Made by a program: the position numbers and the translations under genes. 35,048 nucleotides of DNA from an uncultured Chloroflexota bacterium. GTDB taxonomy: Bacteria > Chloroflexota > UBA11872 > VXNJ01. The notes beneath the pieces were generated by a model, which was not told the DNA's origin, ran no database searches, and saw nothing but the letters and a program-made list of their open reading frames with translations. The DNA lies in the NCBI GenBank assembly GCA_964474495.1, contig CAYYTN010000001.1:14740-49787 (forward strand). The letters are read 5' to 3'. Below, one piece after another: positions 15,052-23,229 of the stretch; the stretch's first letter is position 1, and each line of letters starts with the position of its first letter.

Positions 15052-18000
15052 CTAATGAGGGTCTCCCTCTGATCTGGAAATGCGATCTCGTATGGCCATT
15101 CCAGCGACCGCAAGAACCGCGAGGGCGAGGGCAGTGACCGAGACGATCGCACCGCCCACGAAGAGTCGTTGCGGGCCAAAGGACAGGCTGATCGCCTGCT
15201 CCCCGGCTGGGATGATGTACGCATTGGCGAAGCCGTTCACGCGATATTGGTCCAGCGGGGCCGAGGTTGAAGTGGCGACCCAACGGGGGTCGAACGATTC
15301 TCCGAAGATCATGATGGCCGGGTTGTCGGCCGAGATTTCAAGGTCGTATGAAGTGGGGCTCTCCTCGGCGGGAAGGGCGTGACCAGGGGCTGGGCCGGCC
15401 CCCGGGCCTCCGCCCGAAATGACGCGGATGGCGTAGTTCTCGGAGCCGGCCTGTTGCACGGTGATGGTGTGACCGCCGGGTTCGAGGGCCACGGTGGTGA
15501 TGAATGTAGGCTCGCCCAGCAGGTCCTGCCGCTCAAAATTCAGGGCCACATCGTCCAGGCTGGCGGTCACCGCGGCAGGAAACGCATCCAGACCATAAGG
15601 GCGTATCTCTAGTCGGTGGGCCCCGCCGCGTGGAGCGTCGAACGTGAGGTCGAAAGCAAGCCGGCCGGAGAGGAGGCTGCGGTCCAGGACGGCGAAGTTG
15701 CGATTGACGTTGCCGACCGCGGTAGGAGGGTGGGCGGTATAGAGCATCAGATAGCTTTCGCCGGGAGGGATCGTGACATCTTTGACCAGGACGTCGGTTT
15801 CGCGGTCGGCGGGCAGTCGTTGGATGAGCAGGGGGACGTTGGAAGGGGTCGGGCCGTCGTAGGGAAAAACATAGAAATCCCGGGCTTGCCCCAGCGATGT
15901 CACGGTCAGCATCAGATTGGTGCGGACCGGGCTGGCGGACTCGTTTACCACGATCAGCGCGCGCTTTCCATCTGGCTCGAGCCAGTGCCAGCCACTTCCA
16001 TCGTCGGCAGTCTCGACCACCGCAAGGTGTTCGCCGAACTGAAACTGGACGGGATCGTCGGCCGATGGATCGAGCGGCGGGCGGGCGACCACATCGGGAT
16101 TCTCCGTTGAGGCCAGGAAGACCACCCGCAGTCCGGGGTCGAGGAGTTTTAGTTGCACTCGATCGACGAGGCTTGCATAGATGGTCTCCGGCACCAGGAC
16201 CACTTCGCCAGTGGCAGAGTCGAGCGTGCCGGTGAGGAGATGAGATCCCGCGTCGAGCAATTGGGTGCCAAGTGGTATCCAGAATGGTGTCGCGGAGGAC
16301 GGGGTCGAACTTAGATCGAGGGGGCGACCGTCCACGGCGAGGTCACCCGAAGGAAAGCGGTTACGGTTCGGGGATCGCAACCAGACACGATACTCGGCGG
16401 TTTCACCAACGGTAAATGCCACCGGAATGCCGCTGCGCGCTACCGGATGGCGATACTCAGCCGGAATAAGGTCGAGGGCGAGCTCCTCGGGCCCGCTGGC
16501 GAAGAACAGGATCTCCCGGAGCAACGGTGACTCCATCGCTCGGGAGAGACTTTCGGGGGTCTGCTGTTCCGAGAACAGCAGCGCCGGAGCGGTAAGCAGA
16601 TCCATCCCGGCCATGGTCGGGATGGCCTCGACTCCGCCGGCGACGAGGGACAGCCCCGAAGCCAGATAGAACTTCGGCAGAGGGTTATCGACGGAGTACA
16701 CGTCCCAATCTCCGAAAGTGGCCTCCGGATGGATACCCAGCTGCTTCTCTAGCCGGAGACGCACCCAGTCGGCGGAGTCGACATCGCCGGAGTACAACCA
16801 ATATTTGATACCCGTTTCGTGGTTGAAATAGCGGACGCTCATCAGTTTCAGGATTTCGTCAGCCCGTCGGGTGGTTGCCCGGTAGATCGCTTCGTAGGCG
16901 ATGTCGTTCAACATCGCGTTGGTGGCTGAAACGAGGGAACCGGAGACCGTTTGAAACGGGTAGACAATCGGCGTGACACCAAGCTGCGTGAGTGCCGGAG
17001 AGCCTCCGACAAAACCGTTCTGGTCGGCCCAGATGGTCGTCTCGGGCAGCGCCGCGACTCGCCCGCCGTGAGCGTTCTCGTCGAGCCAGCGGGATGCCTC
17101 TGCAACATAGTCCGGGATTTGCATCCGATTGGGAGGCAGATGCTCACGGACCGCGGCGGGCGGGAACATCTGACCGGTGGTGACGGGGTAGGCATAGATG
17201 AGGTTGGTGGCGACGAGAGTGAAGGCAACAAAGGCCGAGGTGGGGCTGCCAAGTTGCCTGCCGATTCGCGACTGCGCCGAAGCCTGTCGCAGCCATCCGG
17301 TGATGTTCGCGGCGCCAAGCCCACCGAGAACCGCAAAACCGAGACTGGTGACCAGGGCGAACTTGAACCAGGGGCTGCGGATGATCCAGAACAGGGGCGC
17401 ATTGCGCACCAGCCAGAGATAGATCCGATCCATCGGCGGATGGGTGCCCATGCTTAATAGGAGGGCAAAGAGGGTGACGGTGCCGAAGAACAGGCGGAGC
17501 CGTCTCCCGCGCCCGGCGAGTCCAGCTAGAGCCAGAACCGGGGCCACCCAGGAGAGGATCGCCAGGGTCGCGGAATTTTCGTAGGTGTCGGCATAGGGGC
17601 GGTACGGCTCGTTCCAACCCTGGTACCAGGTCCAATCACCCTGAAAACGCAGCACTTTGGCGAAGGACGTGTTTGCGGACAAACCGCCTAGCCAGTTTGA
17701 TGCGAGCTCGCTGGAAGTCGTGAGTTCGCCGGTCGTGGTTGCCTGGATTTGCCCGACGAAGGGAATGATCCAGAATGCGTTGATCAAGATCGAAACGGTC
17801 ACCAGGATGCCTACCGTGCGGAATACCGGGACCAGGCGGGAACTCAGCCGGCCATCGGTTGAAAACAGCAGATACGCCAGCGCGAACGCGGCAATCGCGG
17901 CGACGAAGACCAGCACGAGTGGGGGGTTCACGCCCACCCCCGAGGACCACAGGGCAACCGGTGCCGTGTAGAGGGCCAGGCGGAGGGACGATATGCGCCC

Positions 18001-18537
18001 TTTGAAACCCAGATAGAGCAGCGTGAGCAGCAACGGCAGGGCGGTCTGAGCGGTGAGCACGCCGATGTTGAATCCGCGCCAGGCGTGTTCGATGAAGAGA
18101 TTGAACATGTAGAAGCTTGCCCCGACCACAGCGGCGGTCTGCCATTGACCACGGGACAGCCGGGAGGTGAACAGCGCTCGTACAAGCACGTACACGCCCA
18201 GGCCGGACAGGGTCATCCAGAGAATCATGATCAGGCGCTGGGTGACGGCCGGGCTGAATCCAACTGCCTGCAAACCGGCCTGCTGAGCGAACGTGAGGAT
18301 GGCGGTGTGAGCGACGTTATACGGGGTGCCGGTGTTGAGAACGGGGTTCCAGGAATGCAGCGTGAGGAAGAATTGCTGAGGCGTACGCGGCAGGGCCAGA
18401 TCCTCGGATATCAGGATGGTGTCCCAAGGAGCCCAGAGTGCAGGGATGAGCCCCAGGGCAACGATCAGGGCCGGAACCGCGTAGGTAGATCGATGGAAGG
18501 TCATGAGGACGCCGCCGAGTCGGGCGGAATCTCGCAT
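15052..18537 (-). CDS. Giant GT-C fold membrane glycosyltransferase, AftD/DUF3367-like (~1161 aa)
   Basis: Motifs ISEDLALP, FYMFN, LFWIIRSPWFKFAL, LRFQGDWTWYQGWNEPYRPYA, FGESFDPRWVA...NGFANAY and a terminal TM. The track start at 18627 would overlap the upstream gene by 83 nt. ATG 18537 (7 nt after that gene's stop) or ATG 18504 is more plausible. Confidence 0.8.
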   Translation of the reverse strand: MRDSARLGGVLMTFHRSTYAVPALIVALGLIPALWAPWDTILISEDLALPRTPQQFFLTLHSWNPVLNTGTPYNVAHTAILTFAQQAGLQAVGFSPAVTQRLIMILWMTLSGLGVYVLVRALFTSRLSRGQWQTAAVVGASFYMFNLFIEHAWRGFNIGVLTAQTALPLLLTLLYLGFKGRISSLRLALYTAPVALWSSGVGVNPPLVLVFVAAIAAFALAYLLFSTDGRLSSRLVPVFRTVGILVTVSILINAFWIIPFVGQIQATTTGELTTSSELASNWLGGLSANTSFAKVLRFQGDWTWYQGWNEPYRPYADTYENSATLAILSWVAPVLALAGLAGRGRRLRLFFGTVTLFALLLSMGTHPPMDRIYLWLVRNAPLFWIIRSPWFKFALVTSLGFAVLGGLGAANITGWLRQASAQSRIGRQLGSPTSAFVAFTLVATNLIYAYPVTTGQMFPPAAVREHLPPNRMQIPDYVAEASRWLDENAHGGRVAALPETTIWADQNGFVGGSPALTQLGVTPIVYPFQTVSGSLVSATNAMLNDIAYEAIYRATTRRADEILKLMSVRYFNHETGIKYWLYSGDVDSADWVRLRLEKQLGIHPEATFGDWDVYSVDNPLPKFYLASGLSLVAGGVEAIPTMAGMDLLTAPALLFSEQQTPESLSRAMESPLLREILFFASGPEELALDLIPAEYRHPVARSGIPVAFTVGETAEYRVWLRSPNRNRFPSGDLAVDGRPLDLSSTPSSATPFWIPLGTQLLDAGSHLLTGTLDSATGEVVLVPETIYASLVDRVQLKLLDPGLRVVFLASTENPDVVARPPLDPSADDPVQFQFGEHLAVVETADDGSGWHWLEPDGKRALIVVNESASPVRTNLMLTVTSLGQARDFYVFPYDGPTPSNVPLLIQRLPADRETDVLVKDVTIPPGESYLMLYTAHPPTAVGNVNRNFAVLDRSLLSGRLAFDLTFDAPRGGAHRLEIRPYGLDAFPAAVTASLDDVALNFERQDLLGEPTFITTVALEPGGHTITVQQAGSENYAIRVISGGGPGAGPAPGHALPAEESPTSYDLEISADNPAIMIFGESFDPRWVATSTSAPLDQYRVNGFANAYIIPAGEQAISLSFGPQRLFVGGAIVSVTALALAVLAVAGMAIRDRISRSEGDPH

Positions 18538-18544
18538 TTTCAGG

Positions 18545-19642
18545 CTACGCCTCGGAACGCAGTGAGGCGGCCATGCCGAGGAGCAGGGCCAGCCCGAGCG
18601 AGATCTCGGCGAGTGCCCCGGAAACATTGCCCGCGTCGTCCATCTTCAGCAGCGCAAAGCCGATGGACAGCCCGAGGAGGGTCAGAGTGGCGGCCAGGAG
18701 CGGTGGCCACAGCACCGCGGGGAGGAGCATCTTTCTGAGGGGGACCTTCCGCGTTCCCTGGTTGTGAACCCAGCGATATGCCAGCCAGATCATCAGGAGC
18801 GCGGTGTCCAGGAGCCATGCGTAGGCCAAGGCCGTATTCCAATAGGTGGCGATGAGGGTGGACTGCAAGCCCTCGCCGAACTGCTCGGCGAAGGTCGCGG
18901 CAGCGGCCGTCAAGATGAGGGCCATCATGACCGGCACGAGGGCGATGAATGGAAGCGGGGAAATGACGGTGGCTCGGATATGCCGCAGGGTCAATGCACC
19001 GAGTGCTATCCCGCCGGCGCTGGCGACGGCAATCGCCAGGACGTAGAGCGCCGATCGGATCGGGTCGACCCCGATGGTGTCGCGCATAAGCGACCAGGCG
19101 CTCACGGAGGCGATTGGCGAGACCAGCGCTCGGAGATCGGGAAGGGTATCGGCGCCGTTGATTGTCAGCTGGTTTGGCGGCAGGTCGTAGAGGTGTTCGC
19201 TGCCTAGGACAACAAGGCCGCCTGGAGAATAGGCGGCCACTTCCATCTCGTACTCAAGGTACGGCCCATCGTCGGCCGGGATTGGTGGCAACGGGATCGC
19301 GGTCACCACCTGGTGGTTTGGGCCGTTGGTACGCTGAACGGACTCTCGAAGGATCTCACGATCACCCCCCGACCGCCGAATCCGCAGGTTGACGTAGGCT
19401 AGCCGCCGAGAATCAGAAGGTCGCACGAGGGCTGCAAAACCGGATATATCCCCAATTTGCGTTTCGATACGCTGGCTCACGCTGCCACCAGGCTCCAGGT
19501 ACACCACTTCTTGATAGGCCCGCTCGATCTCCCAAAGTTGTACGTTGCGACGAAGGGTGAGTTGACTTACAACTGCGATTACGGCGAGAAGAGCTAAACC
19601 GGCCCAAGCTGCCAGGGTGAATACTCGACGGCGCCCGGTCAA
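18545..19642 (-). CDS. Polytopic membrane protein of unrecognised family (paralog B of three), embedded between two giant GT-C genes
   Basis: 365 aa. TM anchor FTLAAWAGLALLAVIAVV. The domain carries VYLEPGGSVSQRI, DISGFAALV, VNLRIRRSGG and PIPADDGPYLEYEMEV, followed by ~5-6 hydrophobic helices. The TTG start overlaps the upstream TGA (TTGA). Confidence 0.7.
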   Translation of the reverse strand: MTGRRRVFTLAAWAGLALLAVIAVVSQLTLRRNVQLWEIERAYQEVVYLEPGGSVSQRIETQIGDISGFAALVRPSDSRRLAYVNLRIRRSGGDREILRESVQRTNGPNHQVVTAIPLPPIPADDGPYLEYEMEVAAYSPGGLVVLGSEHLYDLPPNQLTINGADTLPDLRALVSPIASVSAWSLMRDTIGVDPIRSALYVLAIAVASAGGIALGALTLRHIRATVISPLPFIALVPVMMALILTAAAATFAEQFGEGLQSTLIATYWNTALAYAWLLDTALLMIWLAYRWVHNQGTRKVPLRKMLLPAVLWPPLLAATLTLLGLSIGFALLKMDDAGNVSGALAEISLGLALLLGMAASLRSEA

Positions 19643-22600
19643 GACGCGGTGTCTTCTGGGGGACGGGTCCTACGGGCCACCCGGTCGCGTGCAAGCCTTA
19701 TCAGTAATAGCGATACCAGGGCGGCGATGCTAGCGGCGGAGATATTTCTGGTGGCGTCGGCGAGAGGCTGTAGGTTGAATTTGAACTCGATTTCGTACTC
19801 TCCGACTTGGTCGACAAAGAAGCCATTGGCAAACCCATTCACTTTCAAATGAGGTTCAACTGGGACCCCATTGATAGTGGCTTCCCAACGGTCGTCGAAC
19901 AGTTCGTTGAGCATGATCATGGTCGGACGCTCAGTTCGCACGGACGCGCGGATAAGGCTGCTGGAAATGGATTCATACTGGATGACCAGATCCTGGTGGT
20001 CGGTGATTTCCGATCGGATGGGCACCAGTGTCACGGGAATGGATGCACCCAGTTTCTGGTCGATGATCAGTGTGTGTGGCCCGGCCGAGAGATTCACGGT
20101 GGTCGTCGCGATCCGAAACTTATCGTCCCCGGTGAGGACAGGGAGCAAGTCCTCCCCGTCGATAGTCAGAGCGTTCAGCAGATCGTGATGGTCAGGGCTG
20201 GCAGACGACTGGTACGTCAGATGGACCCCAAGGCGATAGTTGCCGCCCTCTGCAACATGGAAGGTTCGCTCGCGTTTGATCGTCCCGATCACGACCGGCA
20301 TTTCGTATTCGAAACTGGCAAAGCTCCCGTCCGACAGAAGCGCGTCTCCCTCAGGGGAGTAGAGATTCACAAAGGTTGTCCCAGGTTCAATGTCGATTGA
20401 GAGGACTAATACTTCCCGAGGTATCGAAGGCTGAAGGAGGAAGATCGAATGAAAGGCACCTCCCACGTTAATCCAAAGGGACCTGGGAATGGTCCCAATC
20501 GGGGTCGGCCGAAGAACCATGGCGATTGTTTGTGCAGATCCTGATTGGTTGGAAATCTCTAGGTGGGGTGAGTATTTCTGCACCGCTCGAAGGCGCCGTG
20601 TGCTTAATCCCTCGACTCCTGTCTCGAGCTCGTCCCAGTTATCTTTGAGCGCGATCGTTACCCGCATCTCGACCGGGAGATCGACAATATCTTGGGGAGT
20701 GATGCGGCCGAAAAGGTAGATGTAACTTGGGAATTGTTGTCCAGGGGTGAGACCGAGCTCAGAGCTGCCGGGAAACGCAACACTAGACTCGCTGTCCATT
20801 AGCATCTTATTGTCCAGAGCGATCCGATCGGCTGCGCGAACAAGGACGAGCCGAAGCCCGTCAGGAGCCGGCGAAGGGAATCCTAATTTGAGTGTGCTGC
20901 TGCCCTGAACCCCTTCAAAACTACCCCAGTAGACCCAGGAATCGGGAAGCTCGAATACATCGGCGAACGGGTCGAGGGTTAGCGGTTTGCCGTCGATGGA
21001 CGGAGCCCTAGGGCCTTTGGGGGTGGGAAACACATCTTGCCGAAGGAGTTCACGGTTGACAAAGTCGAACCCGGAAAGGCTAGAAGAGTTCGCCTCCGTG
21101 ACTAGCTCCCAAAGCTCGTACGTTCCGTCGACCGATATCTCCATGTCCACGGAGTTGGACCCCGGCGGAATAGTCAGGCTGCTCTCATTGCTCTTGAACG
21201 CAAGAAACTCGTTGAAACCATTCCCGAGGCGCAGGATGCTCGCCGGAGGTATATCTTTAGCGAACTGTGCGGTAGTGGAATCTTCCCCAGAAGGGTCGAT
21301 CATGACGATGGCAGGGTCAGGATCAGCCAGGCTGTTCGTAAGCGGACTAAGAGACTGGAGCCCGGTCAGCGTGAGAACTGTAAGCGGCGAACCCCAGACG
21401 AGGTCTCGAACATCGGGGACAGCGAAAAAAATCAGCGGACCAAAACGGGCCACCTCATCGATCCCTTGCCACTCCAGGACCCTATCAATGTACTCGTCTA
21501 AATTGTCCGCAAACTCCGGTCGGACGACATCGCGCTGGTGAAGGAAATAGCCGATGCCAGACCTCCCGGCGACCCGGGCAATGGGAACAGTCCGAGTGCC
21601 CAGCGTCTGGGCATACAGGTAGGCTTGCATCTCAGACGGTTCGACCAGATTGATGAAGGGCTCGGTAGTTAGCTCGCCGACCGGTGGGATGTAGCCGGTA
21701 TAGCCCCAATCGGTCGTAAGCCGTAGCGCAGGAGGGAACGAGAGCACGCGGTAGTCGCCCGGGTGTTCATTCATCCAGGCCGCTGCCTCGACAAGATAAT
21801 CTGGCATCTGAACTTGAAGGGTGCTCAGGGGAGAATCTAGGGGACGCTGAATGAAGAAGCGCCCCCGGACGATGGGCATTGTGTACAGGAGATAGAGCAC
21901 CGCCAGGAGCAAAGGGAAGCTCGCTGACAGGGTCCGGGCGGTCCGCCCATAGCGGAGACCGAAGCGCGAGCTGGCCAGGAACTGGCCTATGGATGCCGTG
22001 GTCGCGGCGACGAAGAGACCGGCCAATGGCGCAAAGCCAAGGATTGTCAGGGAAGTGGCTTTGTACCAGGGGCTCCGCAGGACCCAGAAAAGAGGCACAT
22101 TTTTCCACAGCAAAGCGAAGATCGGACCGAACGGACCGTTGATGCCACTGCCCAAGACTAGCCCGAGGAATGCCACGAAGCCGAAATACAGACATTTGCG
22201 ATCTCTCTGGACGGCGAGACCGCCAAGGGCAACCAGTGGAAGCAGGAAACTCCCGACGATAAGTAGCGGATTCTGAAAGTACCCCGCCGCGTAGGGAACA
22301 TACGGGACGCCTTTGAAGCCGCCGTACCAGACCCAGGCGCCCTGCATCCGCCAAACATTGAGCGGATTGGTATAGCTGGAGAGGTGAGTGAGTTGGGCAA
22401 GTCCAACGTCCTTCGTGCGACCGATAAAATTTTGTCCCGGTCCGCCGGTAATGAGTCCGACGGACTGCGGTACGAGCCAGTAGGCGTTGACTGCCACGAT
22501 AAGAACCAGGGCGATTGACGCCAGCATGAGCATTCGACGTGCTTGCAGGGCCCGGCCGGTCGCGAATCGATGGATCATATACATGATCATGTAGAGGGGA

Positions 22601-23229
22601 ACGGGGATCATCGCGATCAGGGCCATGGGCGGGTTGGCTCCGACACCAGATCCGACCACGGTAATCAAAGCTATAAGGGCCGCACTAGTCAGCAATCGAC
22701 CATTCCGCGTGAATGAAATGGTCACTGCCAGGGAAAGCGGTAGTGCGACTAATGCGCTGAGGTTGGCAATGTTGACGCCCTGCCAGAGTGGTTCCTGATA
22801 GAAATTGAACATGTAAACGAGGCTGGCGGCTACCCACGCTATTCGGGAAGTGGTCAGGTACTGCATTAGGACGTACATGGAGAGCCCCACAGCCGACAAC
22901 CAAAGTGCGAACTGGAGCCGCTGGGCAAGCTCGATGGATGCACCGACGGCACGGAACAGGGCGGGCCAGAAGAGGAAGAACACCGCAGGCAGACGATCAT
23001 CGGGGCTTGAACCGAAACCGACGCGGGATTGCCAGGTGCTAAAAAATTCTGCCCATTGATCGAGAGTCATAGGGAGGATGAAATCTTCGGCCTTGGCCAC
23101 GTAGCCTGACTTTACCCAGAACAGCGGCGCGAGCCCGGCTAGCAGAACGACAGCCAGGGCCGGGGACGGCAGAAAACGCTGTCCGAGGGAGATCCAGCGG
23201 CGTTGGGGCACTACCGATGGCCTAGTCAT
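19639..23229 (-). CDS. Giant GT-C fold membrane glycosyltransferase, AftD/DUF3367-like (1196 aa)
   Basis: Motifs KAEDFILP, VYMFN, LFWVLRSPWYKATSL, WRMQGAWVWYGGFKGVPYVPYA, LNELFDDRWEA...NGFANGF and a terminal TM. The ATG overlaps the upstream carbamoyltransferase stop by 8 nt. G+C is visibly lower than in its paralogs. Confidence 0.8.
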   Translation of the reverse strand: MTRPSVVPQRRWISLGQRFLPSPALAVVLLAGLAPLFWVKSGYVAKAEDFILPMTLDQWAEFFSTWQSRVGFGSSPDDRLPAVFFLFWPALFRAVGASIELAQRLQFALWLSAVGLSMYVLMQYLTTSRIAWVAASLVYMFNFYQEPLWQGVNIANLSALVALPLSLAVTISFTRNGRLLTSAALIALITVVGSGVGANPPMALIAMIPVPLYMIMYMIHRFATGRALQARRMLMLASIALVLIVAVNAYWLVPQSVGLITGGPGQNFIGRTKDVGLAQLTHLSSYTNPLNVWRMQGAWVWYGGFKGVPYVPYAAGYFQNPLLIVGSFLLPLVALGGLAVQRDRKCLYFGFVAFLGLVLGSGINGPFGPIFALLWKNVPLFWVLRSPWYKATSLTILGFAPLAGLFVAATTASIGQFLASSRFGLRYGRTARTLSASFPLLLAVLYLLYTMPIVRGRFFIQRPLDSPLSTLQVQMPDYLVEAAAWMNEHPGDYRVLSFPPALRLTTDWGYTGYIPPVGELTTEPFINLVEPSEMQAYLYAQTLGTRTVPIARVAGRSGIGYFLHQRDVVRPEFADNLDEYIDRVLEWQGIDEVARFGPLIFFAVPDVRDLVWGSPLTVLTLTGLQSLSPLTNSLADPDPAIVMIDPSGEDSTTAQFAKDIPPASILRLGNGFNEFLAFKSNESSLTIPPGSNSVDMEISVDGTYELWELVTEANSSSLSGFDFVNRELLRQDVFPTPKGPRAPSIDGKPLTLDPFADVFELPDSWVYWGSFEGVQGSSTLKLGFPSPAPDGLRLVLVRAADRIALDNKMLMDSESSVAFPGSSELGLTPGQQFPSYIYLFGRITPQDIVDLPVEMRVTIALKDNWDELETGVEGLSTRRLRAVQKYSPHLEISNQSGSAQTIAMVLRPTPIGTIPRSLWINVGGAFHSIFLLQPSIPREVLVLSIDIEPGTTFVNLYSPEGDALLSDGSFASFEYEMPVVIGTIKRERTFHVAEGGNYRLGVHLTYQSSASPDHHDLLNALTIDGEDLLPVLTGDDKFRIATTTVNLSAGPHTLIIDQKLGASIPVTLVPIRSEITDHQDLVIQYESISSSLIRASVRTERPTMIMLNELFDDRWEATINGVPVEPHLKVNGFANGFFVDQVGEYEIEFKFNLQPLADATRNISAASIAALVSLLLIRLARDRVARRTRPPEDTAS

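Noticed and set aside
18538-18627. Upstream start at 18627 for the ~1161-aa GT-C gene
   Set aside because: It would overlap the preceding gene by 83 nt and add a Pro/Ser/Arg-rich peptide. ATG 18537 or ATG 18504 sits just before the first TM helix.
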